This document shows, piece after piece, positions 51,382 through 60,507 of a stretch of DNA of 64,000 nt. The notes beneath the pieces were generated by a model. That model had not been told where the DNA came from. It searched no databases and saw nothing but the letters and a program-made list of their open reading frames with translations. How positions within the stretch are numbered: the stretch's first letter is position 1; the number at the start of each line of letters is the position of its first letter. Location of the stretch: positions 256,001 to 320,000 of the forward strand of contig CAWJEN010000006.1 in the NCBI GenBank assembly GCA_963841915.1, in the 5' to 3' direction. The stretch comes from an uncultured Planctomycetota bacterium. GTDB lineage: Bacteria > Planctomycetota > Phycisphaerae > Tepidisphaerales > Tepidisphaeraceae. A program made the position numbers and the translations under genes.

Positions 51382-51804
51382 ATGTCGCTCGCCGCCGCCG
51401 GACCGCTGATTGCCGCCTCGCTGGATTTGCAGTTGGTTCGCCTGATCCGCGGGGCGATCAACGCCAACCGACGTGAAGAGGGGCAGCCGTGTGATGATCG
51501 GCCGTTGCGCCAGCACCGGGACCGACCGGCGGCGGTGTCGGCAGAGCGGGTGATTTACCGCGACCTGCCGGCCGTCGCGCCTGTCGATCGGACGCGAACG
51601 GAGCGAACGTCGGAGGTGGTCGAGGTGCTGGTGGAGCGGCCGACATTGCCACCGGCGGTCGGGCCGCTGCCTGCGCCTTGGCAGGTGTTGCTGCGGGAGA
51701 AGGTGTGGAACCGCCCGATCGAGGTACCGCCGCCTGTCGTGGTGGCGAAGGCGTACGCGACACCGACGCCGTTGAGCGGGTCGATCGTCGACGCATTTCT
51801 CTGA
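51382..51804 (+). CDS. Hypothetical protein
   Basis: ORF with plausible codon bias; C-terminus G..VD.FL. Confidence 0.55.
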   Translation: MSLAAAGPLIAASLDLQLVRLIRGAINANRREEGQPCDDRPLRQHRDRPAAVSAERVIYRDLPAVAPVDRTRTERTSEVVEVLVERPTLPPAVGPLPAPWQVLLREKVWNRPIEVPPPVVVAKAYATPTPLSGSIVDAFL

Positions 51805-51956
51805 TCGGCGGCCGCGGCGGCGCAGCGCGATTTTCGCGCAACAAGCACGCACGCGTGCGTGCTCGTACAGCACGGCAACCCGACGAGCGGGCGTACCGCC
51901 ATCGCAGCCATGCCTCACGGCCGACGACCCGCCGACGCAGTCGAAAGCCCGAAACG

Positions 51957-51972
51957 TGTTCTACGTGGAACA
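51957..51972. promoter_or_regulatory. parS: parS site
   Basis: TGTTCTACGTGGAACA, one mismatch to the palindromic parS. Confidence 0.8.
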
Positions 51973-52031
51973 TTGGCCAACTCGATCGCGTGTCGAAACC
52001 CGGTTTAGGACGCGTAGGAGCGGGTGGCGAA

Positions 52032-52047
52032 TGTTCCACGTGGAACA
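52032..52047. promoter_or_regulatory. parS: parS site
   Basis: Perfect palindrome TGTTCCACGTGGAACA (extends to 22 bp). Confidence 0.9.
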
Positions 52048-52114
52048 TTCTGCCCCGCCGCCCGACCCACAACCCCCGGCGGCCGAATCGGCGCAGCGCT
52101 TGCCGCGCGGTACG

Positions 52115-52585
52115 ATGAAAAGCATGACCCTTGCCGAGCCCGCTGTCGTTCCCGAGGCCGTCGTGGCGGCGGGTCGCGATGGGCGCGGGCGTAAGCGGTT
52201 GCTGGCCGTGACGGCGGCGTCGCTGGTGGCCGCCTGGTTGGTGTGGAAGCTCGCCGGCTCGACCGAGGCCGGCTCGCTGGCGGTGATGCTGCTCGTGCTG
52301 GCGTCCATGCTTTGCCTCGCCCTTGCCGTCTGGCGAAGAGCACACAGCTTCAAGGCCACACCTGACGGCCTTCGCTTTCAAGACGGCGGTAAGGCGTTCG
52401 GTGAGACGTACCTCGTCGGCTGGCCCGAGGTCAAAGGCCTCGGCACCCAGCCAACCCGCGGGGGCAAAGAACGCCTCGTCTATCAACGGCGTGGCAGCGA
52501 GCGGTGGGTTCGACTGCCAACGCCACCCGCCGAACCTGATCGTGCGCAAGCGATGCTGCGGGCCATCGAGGCCATGCGAGGCTAA
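52115..52585 (+). CDS. Hypothetical membrane protein (2 TM plus small cytoplasmic domain)
   Basis: Two TM helices followed by an F.ATPDGL.F...VGWPEV pattern. Confidence 0.6.
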   Translation: MKSMTLAEPAVVPEAVVAAGRDGRGRKRLLAVTAASLVAAWLVWKLAGSTEAGSLAVMLLVLASMLCLALAVWRRAHSFKATPDGLRFQDGGKAFGETYLVGWPEVKGLGTQPTRGGKERLVYQRRGSERWVRLPTPPAEPDRAQAMLRAIEAMRG

Positions 52586-53556
52586 CGCGTCAGCGACAAG
52601 TCGAGCTGCCGAAGGGCCAGGCTCACGTTCACGTTGGCCGACAGGTACCGGTCACAGCGGACGACGGCGTCGATGCGGTCGCAAAGATCAGGCGTCGGCC
52701 GGTCGGCCAGGCGGTGCCGGTAGTGCCGTGCGACGAGACCGAGCCAAAGGCGATATCCGCCGCGGGTGAAGGCGTCTTTGCTGCCGAGCGGATCACGCTC
52801 CAGCTCGGCCTTGGCGGCAGCGTCCGCGGCTGCGGTGAGGAAGTCGGACACCGGCTCACCCGCATCAAGCTGGCTGACCAGCGCCTGGTGGTTGTCGACC
52901 ACGCCGTCGTCGAGGAACTGCATCGCCCGGCCCGGCGCCCCGCCGGCCACTGCAAACGCTGCTTGAGCCGCCTCGGCCGTGACGTGCTGTCGCTTGAGCA
53001 CCGCTGCCGTCTCGTCGGCTGTCAGCTCGCCGAATCGGAACGTCTGGCAGCGACTACGCACCGTCGGCAGCAGCGCGTCGACCTGATCCGTCAGCAACAC
53101 AATCAGCGTGCGACCGGCAGGCTCTTCGAGCGTCTTGAGCAGCGCGTTCTGGGCGGCCGTCGACATCGTCTGGGCCTCCTCGACGATGAAGACTTTGCCT
53201 TGGCCTTCGGTCGATGCACGGTTGGCCGGCTCGACGAGCTCAGGCCGAATGACCTTGACGCTGAGGTCGATGGCTTTGCTCTTGCCGCCCGAATCGTGGT
53301 GACGGATGAGCTGGCGCGTCACCACGTGAAAGTCGCCGTGCGTGCCACCGGCGATACGGCGTGCGATGTCATCCGTACCACCGAGAAAGGCAACCGCCAG
53401 GGCCTGGGCGGTGGTCCGCTTCCCGACGCCGACGGGTCCGGCGAAGATCAGGCCGTGCGGGAGCCGGTCCGATGTCAGCGCCTCGGCAAGCCGCGTGACG
53501 GTCGCGTCGTGTCCGATGATGTCGTCAAGGCCTGGCACGCGGGCGACGGTAGACAC
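52582..53556 (-). CDS. holB: DNA polymerase III subunit delta'
   Basis: HGLIFAGPVGVGK, H.DF, KVFIVEEA, AQNALLKTLEEP and LPTVRSRC motifs. Confidence 0.93.
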   Translation of the reverse strand: MSTVARVPGLDDIIGHDATVTRLAEALTSDRLPHGLIFAGPVGVGKRTTAQALAVAFLGGTDDIARRIAGGTHGDFHVVTRQLIRHHDSGGKSKAIDLSVKVIRPELVEPANRASTEGQGKVFIVEEAQTMSTAAQNALLKTLEEPAGRTLIVLLTDQVDALLPTVRSRCQTFRFGELTADETAAVLKRQHVTAEAAQAAFAVAGGAPGRAMQFLDDGVVDNHQALVSQLDAGEPVSDFLTAAADAAAKAELERDPLGSKDAFTRGGYRLWLGLVARHYRHRLADRPTPDLCDRIDAVVRCDRYLSANVNVSLALRQLDLSLTR

Positions 53557-53563
53557 GCACGCG

Positions 53564-53752
53564 CTACAGCTCTGTTCCGCAGCTTCGGCAGAACCTCGCG
53601 AATCGCGGGTGACTCGTTCGGCACGACGAGCACGACTTCGTCGCCCCGACCGGAACCGTGCGCCGCTTCGGTGTCGGCAGGAAGATGCAACGCAGGATGG
53701 CCCACAGCCCGATCGTCATGGCGATGACCGCCCAGGCACTGCCCTGGTCCAT
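53564..53752 (-). CDS. Small membrane zinc-ribbon protein
   Basis: TM segment then CSSC...ARFCRSCG. Confidence 0.7.
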   Translation of the reverse strand: MDQGSAWAVIAMTIGLWAILRCIFLPTPKRRTVPVGATKSCSSCRTSHPRFARFCRSCGTEL

Positions 53753-53845
53753 CGTCCCGTCAAACATGCTGCAGGATCGGGCAAGTACAAGGGTCGTGAG
53801 GTGCTCCATGATGACGCTCCGGCGTCATGTTATCAGACACCCGCC

Positions 53846-55643
53846 TCACGCGTAGCTGTGTAATCCGACCAGGAAGAAGTTCACGCCGATCCAGTTGAAC
53901 AGCATGATGATGAAGCCGACGATCGACAGGATGGCCGTCCACAATGCCTTGTTGGGCGTGGCGATCCGCACGTGCAGGATCACGAGATAGACGATCCAGG
54001 TGACAAGCGCGAACGTCTCCTTGGGGTCCCAGCCCCACGGTCGGCCCCAGCTCATGTCGGCCCAGACGGCACCCAGGATGATGCCCGTGCCCAGCAGCCA
54101 GAAAGCCAACTGCAAAACGACCACGTGGGCGGCGTCGATGCGCTGCAGCAGCGTCTTGCCCTTCTCCGCCTTGGTTGGCGCGGGGGCGGCGTCAGAGAAT
54201 GCGCCTGCCGAGGTTCCACGTGGAACAGGCAGGAAGACAGCCTGTGCCATCGTGCGGAAGAAGCCGCCGTTGACGGTCGGCACAGGTGCCAGCACGTTGC
54301 CGTTGCCGCGAGCCTTGGCGACAAGGTACCAGACGCCCAACAGGAAGCTCATGCCGATGAGCGCGTAGCTGGCGACGACGGTCGTGACGTGCACGTAGAG
54401 CCAGTAGCTCATGAGGATGCCCTGAGCCTGCTCGAGCTCACCGCCGATGTCGCCGAAAACGTGCGGCGAGGCGAAGAGGGCCAGAAGGCTCAAGAATCCC
54501 ACGAACGCCGCCGCGGCGCCGAAGACACCGCCGCCGGCCTTCTTGCGACGCAGCTCCAGCACGGTGCCGACGATGGCCCCGAACCAGGCGCTGAACATGA
54601 CGCTCTCGAACTGGTTCTTGATCGGGATCGCGTGGAACCAGCCGACGTTGTCACCGCCGGACTGCTCGACGAGCCACCAGCGGACGGCGATACCGACCGT
54701 GTGGACGACCAGCGCCAGCAGCATCGCCCGCACGGCCCAGAGGCGCAGCTTGCGGTGCTTCGCCATAAGCGCTGAGCAGGAACAGCACGAGGGCGACGAA
54801 GTAGACGAACGATCCCGGCAGCGTGAGCCCGCCGAGGCGGTTGTACGCGACTTCGCCCTTACGCTTGAGCTCGGTCGGATAGGCTTGCGGGTTGACGGCA
54901 ATGAGCGACGCAGCGAGCACGTCGGCGGCCGCTTCGATGTCTCCGCCCTCGCTCAGCCATGCCATCCGCAGGTCGCTGGCCGCTTGTGCGACTTTGGAGA
55001 TCGGCTGCTCTTCGACCGGGACGAGCATGCCGTCGGCGTCGACGGTGGCGTAGGTGGCCATGACCTCGGGCGAGGCGATGAGCTCGTCGAGGCTGTGCCA
55101 TTTTCCGTCGCCTCCGTTGCCCGGAGCCGGCGGAATCAGCCGCAACGGCGGGAGCAGCGGTGCCTCGAGAAATGCCCGCGCCGCCGCCTGCTGACCCAGC
55201 AGTTCGTTGATCGCCGGTGCCTTGACGAGGTCGCGGGCGGCAATCTGCTCGAACGTCCGCTGAATCTTCGGATCCGCCAGGAAGATCGGCGACACCTTGG
55301 CCTTCTTGAGAAACTGGTGCTTCTCGTCGCCCTTGAGCCCGACGGCGTCGGCCAGGTCCTGCCGCAGGGGCAGGTGCTTGATCTTGACCATCTCCCGCGA
55401 CGCGTACGCCTCGGGCCGATAGGCCATGTCGAAGACCGTCTGGACCGGCGGCTGACCGTCAATCCGCGACCGGCCGCTGATGTCACCGATGACGCGACGC
55501 GAGATGGTGTCGAGCGTCTTCAGCGTTGAATCGTGCTGCACCGTCGCCCGCTCGAGAGCCGACAGGTCCGCCGCCGCGCAGCTATGCAAAGAAGCGAAGA
55601 GGCAAAGACCCGAGCAAAGGAGGAAGAGTTTGAGGTTGCTCAT
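53846..55643 (-). CDS. ccsA: Cytochrome c biogenesis protein CcsA/ResC-like, with a 1-nt frameshift near 54752
   Basis: LKTLDT; P.KNQFES; YWLYVHV; GAVWADMSWGRPWGWDPKE; GLHSYA. The N-terminal frame joins at SAYGEAP|KLRLW. Confidence 0.88.
54212..54227. promoter_or_regulatory. parS: Intragenic parS site
   Basis: GGTTCCACGTGGAACA within a variable loop of ccsA. Confidence 0.7.
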
Positions 55644-55697
55644 CTTGCAGTGTTTCTGAGGACTTCGCTCCGACTTTGCCTCTTAGCGGCTTTGCGT
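55584..55697. repeat. Inverted pair of 3 x 8-bp repeats overlapping the ccsA start
   Basis: ATGCAAAG-AAGCGAAG-AGGCAAAG matches the reverse complement of CTTTGCCT-CTTAGCGG-CTTTGCGT at 20/24. Confidence 0.65.
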
Positions 55698-55704
55698 TTC
55701 TGAG

Positions 55705-57855
55705 TCACCGCCCGACGGCTGCGAGCGCCCTCGCCTTGCGGCGGTTGATGATCACCGGCTTGACGTAGAACGCGAACAGCAGGCCCAGCACGATCATCAC
55801 GCAGCCGAGCGTCATCGTAAAGACGCCTGGCCGATTGCCCACGCCCAGCACCGTAAATGCCTGGTTCTCCGGGTCCCACTGGCTTTGGAACAGCAGCCAC
55901 GACTGCTTGGGCCAGATCGCTCCGAGCGGGCCGGCAACGGGCACATTGAGGTAGTGCGGCCGATTGAGGCTCACCGTCGCCTCGTGCTCGACACCGCCGC
56001 GCGGCTCGATCGACAGGTTGCTCTTGAAGTCGCGCATGGCCGAGTTGGCCGTGAAGTCGCCGGCGTACGGCACGAGTTCGAAGTCGTCGAGCCGCACCCG
56101 CGCCGGAATCGGCCGTCGCGTGTTGCCGAGCTGGAAGCGAAGCGGGTCGGCCAGCCCCGGCACCGTCACGGCCGACGGCTGCCACGGAATCTGGTCAATC
56201 CACTGCGTGTAAGGGACATGCACCGTCTCGCTCCAGTCGCCGCGACTGACCCTCAGCGTCACGACCTGGTTGATGCCCGCCTGGGCTTCGCCGCTGTCAC
56301 GCTGTTCGAGCGGCACGTCCTGCACCCAATCACTTCGCATGACGGCGTCGGCCCGCTCGACGTCGAGGTCGAGCGTGCGGTCCGTCACTTCGCCCGTCGC
56401 AGGATCGCGACGTTTGCCGTTGATGGCGAGTTCCAGCAGGCCGGCGTCGATCTGCTCAAGCCGAGCCGGCAGGTCACCGCGGGTGACGAGGTGGTAGAAC
56501 CCAGGCTCGTTTTCCTTCGTCAGCAGCGTGTGCCGCTCGTCTTCGCCCGCCCGCGGGAGCAGGTCGAGGGCGTCGTTGAGGGCGTAGTGCAGGTGCAGGT
56601 TGGCGTCGACGACTTCCGTCTGCCGCTGCCCTTTGGGGCCGCTGCCTTCGATGCCGAGGATGAAGTCCGTTTCGTTGTCCTGGCCGTCGATGACGTAGCG
56701 ACGAAACGGCTTGCCGTGCGGCGAATCGGCAGGCGGGTGAATGATCAGCTCCAGCAGATCGACCGGCTCGCCGCTGCCCGACAGCGGGAAACCTGGCAGA
56801 TACGCGACGGCCTCGACCTCATAACCCGTATCGCCGAAGGCTTTGCGATCGCCGGGCTCGAGGGTGACGCTGCCGCTGACGACTTCGTCTGCTTCGTGCT
56901 CGCCTGGGGCGTGGTCGTGATGGTGGTCGCTTCCGACGGACCAGTTGAGTTCGTGCCCGACCCTGGCGGCAGAGGCGAGCAGTTCGCCCGTCAGGTCATC
57001 ACCGCGGTGCAGGTGGCGGATCCGAAGGGTGGCAAACGAGTCATCGTCGGCGTCGTCCCGCGGGTGACCCGGCTGTTCGCCGACGATCCAGCTCGAGCGT
57101 TGGTGCCCTTCCTGCGGGTCACGCAGCGTGACCTTCAGGCCCGTCAACTCACCCATGCCGTTGGAATACGTCGCCTGGGTCAAGGCGTACGGGTGGTAGC
57201 CGATGACGTCGATAACAAGCGGCTCACCGCCTAGGCCGAGCGCGTCGCTCGCGTTCATCTCGCGGCCTTGACGGGTCTGCTCGTCGTAGGTGAAGAACGT
57301 CGGCTCAAGCCCCGCCAGCCCACGGCCGGCGAGATAGCTCGCGTCCTCATAGCTGTTGAAACGGGGCAGCCCGTCGAGGCTCATCGGCACGGCCTTGCGC
57401 TTGCCTGCCGTGGCGTAGAGGGCACGCTCGTGGGCGTCGTAGTACCAGTCGACCTGCTCACCCGTGCGAATGAGCGTCAATCCCTCGGTCTTCTGCGAGA
57501 AGTGGAACGTCATGCCGAAGATCAGCACGACGATGCCGGCGTGAATCGTCCAAACGCCCAGCCGCGGGAGCGTGAACGGGATGCGGTTGAGCGAGACGGT
57601 CAGCAGGTTGGCCACGAGCAGACCGGCCAGCACCCACATGGGCCAAGCGTTGAAGAACTCGGGGTCGCTCATCTCGAACCACGCCCGCAACGCCGGGAAC
57701 CCGCTGCCGACGGCCACGAAGAGGCCGAGGGCGACCATAAGGAAGATGCCGAAGTAGACGCTGTTAAGCGTCTTGTCCCAGAGCGACACGACAAACGCCA
57801 CCGCCGCCGGTGGCGGACGGCTGTTCTTCGGCGAAACCGGCGTGGGACGCGGCAT
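55705..57855 (-). CDS. ResB/CcsB-like cytochrome c biogenesis protein
   Basis: Three N-terminal TMs with G...IHAG; P..VRL.DF...Y...RDF.S; SLN.P; FQS.W; PG followed by a C-terminal TM; upstream of ccsA. Confidence 0.8.
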   Translation of the reverse strand: MPRPTPVSPKNSRPPPAAVAFVVSLWDKTLNSVYFGIFLMVALGLFVAVGSGFPALRAWFEMSDPEFFNAWPMWVLAGLLVANLLTVSLNRIPFTLPRLGVWTIHAGIVVLIFGMTFHFSQKTEGLTLIRTGEQVDWYYDAHERALYATAGKRKAVPMSLDGLPRFNSYEDASYLAGRGLAGLEPTFFTYDEQTRQGREMNASDALGLGGEPLVIDVIGYHPYALTQATYSNGMGELTGLKVTLRDPQEGHQRSSWIVGEQPGHPRDDADDDSFATLRIRHLHRGDDLTGELLASAARVGHELNWSVGSDHHHDHAPGEHEADEVVSGSVTLEPGDRKAFGDTGYEVEAVAYLPGFPLSGSGEPVDLLELIIHPPADSPHGKPFRRYVIDGQDNETDFILGIEGSGPKGQRQTEVVDANLHLHYALNDALDLLPRAGEDERHTLLTKENEPGFYHLVTRGDLPARLEQIDAGLLELAINGKRRDPATGEVTDRTLDLDVERADAVMRSDWVQDVPLEQRDSGEAQAGINQVVTLRVSRGDWSETVHVPYTQWIDQIPWQPSAVTVPGLADPLRFQLGNTRRPIPARVRLDDFELVPYAGDFTANSAMRDFKSNLSIEPRGGVEHEATVSLNRPHYLNVPVAGPLGAIWPKQSWLLFQSQWDPENQAFTVLGVGNRPGVFTMTLGCVMIVLGLLFAFYVKPVIINRRKARALAAVGR

Positions 57856-57977
57856 GGGCAGCGATGGTACGAGCTACCGGCCGGACCCGTTCCTTCAAAG
57901 CTCAACCGCGTGGCGATGTGCCGCGGTTGCTGCTGAGGCAGCGCGTCACTCAGATGACTCAAAAGCGAAATGTTCCG

Positions 57978-58187
57978 TTGACAAGCAGGCGTAGGCCGCT
58001 ACCTTGCCGGCCCGTCATGCGTCACGCCTTACTCGCCAACCTTAAGCAGCCGCCGGCAGCCAATGCTGTGCGATGTCTTTGTGGGCAAATGGCTCATGAC
58101 CTGACGGGACCTGTTCTGCCGCGGACTTCAAGCCGCCTGCGACCCGTCGGAAACTTCCCGACCCGTCGCAGGCGGCTTTGTTTTGTT
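57978..58187 (+). promoter_or_regulatory. rtcB promoter and leader with uORF and terminator (putative attenuator)
   Basis: TTGACA-N16-TACCTT; uORF 58063-58104; 14-bp stem 58130-58143/58165-58178 followed by TGTTTTGTT. Confidence 0.6.
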
Positions 58188-58201
58188 CCGAAGGAGAACA
58201 C

Positions 58202-59617
58202 GTGTTTGTCATGAAAGAGAAAGAACTCAGGAAGATGGGCGTTGCGCCCGAACTCGTGCCGCGTGTCCGCAAGCACGTCAAGCAACTCGCCGCCGCCGGC
58301 GTTTTCGACGGTCGCGACGCCAGGAAGAACCTGTGGCCGGTCGTCAACGACCCGGCGAGCTTCGTCGACAGCGAGCACTGGGGCGAGATCGCGCCGGCCC
58401 TGCTGGAGGCCAAGATCGCGCACGAGAACCGACACCCGTTCACGCCACGCGAGACACCGGCCGAGGTTGCCATCTGGGGCGAAGACCTCGACGCCAACGC
58501 GCTCGAGCAGATGGACGTGGCCTCGACGCTGCCGGTGGCGGTGCGTGGCGCGCTCATGCCCGACGCCCACCTCGGCTACGGCCTGCCCATCGGTGGCGTG
58601 CTGGCGGTCAGGAACGCAGTCATCCCGTACGCGGTCGGCGTCGACATCGCCTGCCGTATGCGGCTGAGCATCTACGACCTGCCGGGCGAGCGGCTCGAAG
58701 GGCTTCGCGAGAAGCTCAAGGGTGCGATCGACAGCGAGACGCGCTTCGGCATGGGCAGCGAGTTCGACGAGCCCAACGACCACGACGTGCTCGATGCCGA
58801 CTGGACCGTCAGCCCGATCACCAAGCGGTTTCACACCAAGGCCCGCAAGCAACTCGGCACGAGCGGCAGCGGGAACCACTTCGTCGAGTTCGGCACCGTC
58901 ACGCTCGATCACGAAGACCTTGGCCTGCCGGCGGGGACGTACCTCGCCCTGCTGTCGCACAGTGGCAGTCGTGGCACAGGTGCCAGCGTGTGCGACCACT
59001 ACAGCCGCCTGGCGATGGACCAGCACCCGGAGCTGCCCAAGCCGCTCAAGCACCTGGCGTGGCTCGACCTCGACAGCGAGGCCGGCGCCGAGTACTTCGC
59101 GGCGATGAACCTCATGGGCGACTACGCGGCTGCCAACCACGAGATCATCCACAAGCGTGTCGCCAGGGCGGCGGGCCTGAAGATCGCGACGACGGTCGAA
59201 AACCACCACAACTTCGCCTGGCTCGAAGAGCACGACGGAGAACAAGTGGTCGTCCACCGCAAGGGCGCAACGCCCGCAGGCGAGGGCGTGCTGGGCGTCA
59301 TCCCCGGCTCAATGGCCACACCCGGCTACGTCGTCCGCGGCAAGGGCAAGGCCGAGTCGCTCAACAGCGCCAGCCACGGTGCCGGCCGCGTCATGAGCCG
59401 TCGCCAGGCGAGCCAGACGTTCCGCTGGAACCACGTCAAGCCGCAGCTCGAAGCGGCCAACGTGGAGCTGATGAGCGCAGGCCTGGACGAGGTGCCGGGC
59501 GTCTACAAGGACATCGAAGCGGTCATGGCCGCCCAGACGGACCTTGTGGACGTGGTGGCACGCTTCGACCCACGCATCGTGAAGATGGCCCCCGCCGGCG
59601 AGAAGGCGGAGGATTAG
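58202..59617 (+). CDS. rtcB: RNA-splicing ligase RtcB
   Basis: MPDAHLGYG, GVDIACRM, GSGNHF, HSGSRG, HRKGAT, PGSM, SHGAGR and DE.P..YK motifs; SD AAGGAG before GTG 58202 (alternative ATG 58211). Confidence 0.96.
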   Translation: MFVMKEKELRKMGVAPELVPRVRKHVKQLAAAGVFDGRDARKNLWPVVNDPASFVDSEHWGEIAPALLEAKIAHENRHPFTPRETPAEVAIWGEDLDANALEQMDVASTLPVAVRGALMPDAHLGYGLPIGGVLAVRNAVIPYAVGVDIACRMRLSIYDLPGERLEGLREKLKGAIDSETRFGMGSEFDEPNDHDVLDADWTVSPITKRFHTKARKQLGTSGSGNHFVEFGTVTLDHEDLGLPAGTYLALLSHSGSRGTGASVCDHYSRLAMDQHPELPKPLKHLAWLDLDSEAGAEYFAAMNLMGDYAAANHEIIHKRVARAAGLKIATTVENHHNFAWLEEHDGEQVVVHRKGATPAGEGVLGVIPGSMATPGYVVRGKGKAESLNSASHGAGRVMSRRQASQTFRWNHVKPQLEAANVELMSAGLDEVPGVYKDIEAVMAAQTDLVDVVARFDPRIVKMAPAGEKAED

Positions 59618-59620
59618 ACG

Positions 59621-59650
59621 AACGCCCCGACGTGCAACCGTCGGGGCGTT
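59621..59650. terminator. Terminator hairpin between convergent genes
   Basis: AACGCCCCGACG-TGCAAC-CGTCGGGGCGTT. Confidence 0.75.
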
Positions 59651-59677
59651 GTCGTTGAATGATGAAGCTGCAATCGT

Positions 59678-60358
59678 CTATCTGCGTCGACGCAGCACGA
59701 GCCCGCCGGCGGTGGCAAGAGCGAAGGCAGCGCCCGGCTCAGGTATGGCGGTGTCGTCGAGAACAAAGTAGAACGGGCCGAGGTCGGCCGCGACGAAGTC
59801 GCCGTCACCCGACACGTCGGCGCGGGCGGCTGACATGCCGCCCATGAAGCTGCCGGCGACCCAGAAGAAGTCATCGTCGAGATCGTTGGCCGTGTCTGCC
59901 AGCACCGAGAACCATAGCGTTTCACCCGCCGGCAGAGACGTCGGCGTGACGTTGGCGGCAAACTCGTAGAGGTCGCCGCCGAACACGTCGGATCCTGTGT
60001 CGATCACATCGGCGGCGGTGGCAAAGTTGATCGCGGTGCTTGACAGCACTGCCGACTTGTCCGGCAGGCCACCCGCATCGGCGTAGAAGATCACGTCGAA
60101 TGACAACGGAAACGTCGGCGTGTCATTGAGCCCGTACGCGCCACGCCAGACGACGCTCCGCACTGTGGCGGGCGTCGCTAACGCAAAGTTGTCGGCCAGC
60201 TGCTCGCCGTCGGTCGTCGTGTCGCGGTCCGATTGATCGGCTGACATGATCACCGTCGGCGTCTGCGAGAAAACGGGAACAGCAGCTGCCCTGTCAAAAC
60301 AGACGACCACAGCGGCCGTCGACATGACAAGCAGCACACTTGCATTTTGATGTCGCAT
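59678..60358 (-). CDS. PEP-CTERM protein
   Basis: Signal peptide; QLADNF.L......V.W.G domain; IPEP-TM-RRRR. Confidence 0.85.
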   Translation of the reverse strand: MRHQNASVLLVMSTAAVVVCFDRAAAVPVFSQTPTVIMSADQSDRDTTTDGEQLADNFALATPATVRSVVWRGAYGLNDTPTFPLSFDVIFYADAGGLPDKSAVLSSTAINFATAADVIDTGSDVFGGDLYEFAANVTPTSLPAGETLWFSVLADTANDLDDDFFWVAGSFMGGMSAARADVSGDGDFVAADLGPFYFVLDDTAIPEPGAAFALATAGGLVLRRRR

Positions 60359-60507
60359 TTCTCTTTCCCTTTGCATTTCCACCCAAACTCACCGGCCTGC
60401 CCGCCACCTTGACACGACTCGACCTGTGACGGCGACAACGTAAGGCCTTGGATCAGAAACGCAAGGCCCGGTGCAGCAGGTCGGCTCGCGGTGTCTGGCG
60501 ACTCGGC

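Noticed and set aside
51956..52114. N-terminal extension with repeated MFYVEH/MFHVEH
   Set aside because: This is just the translation of the parS palindromes; the real start is probably 52115.
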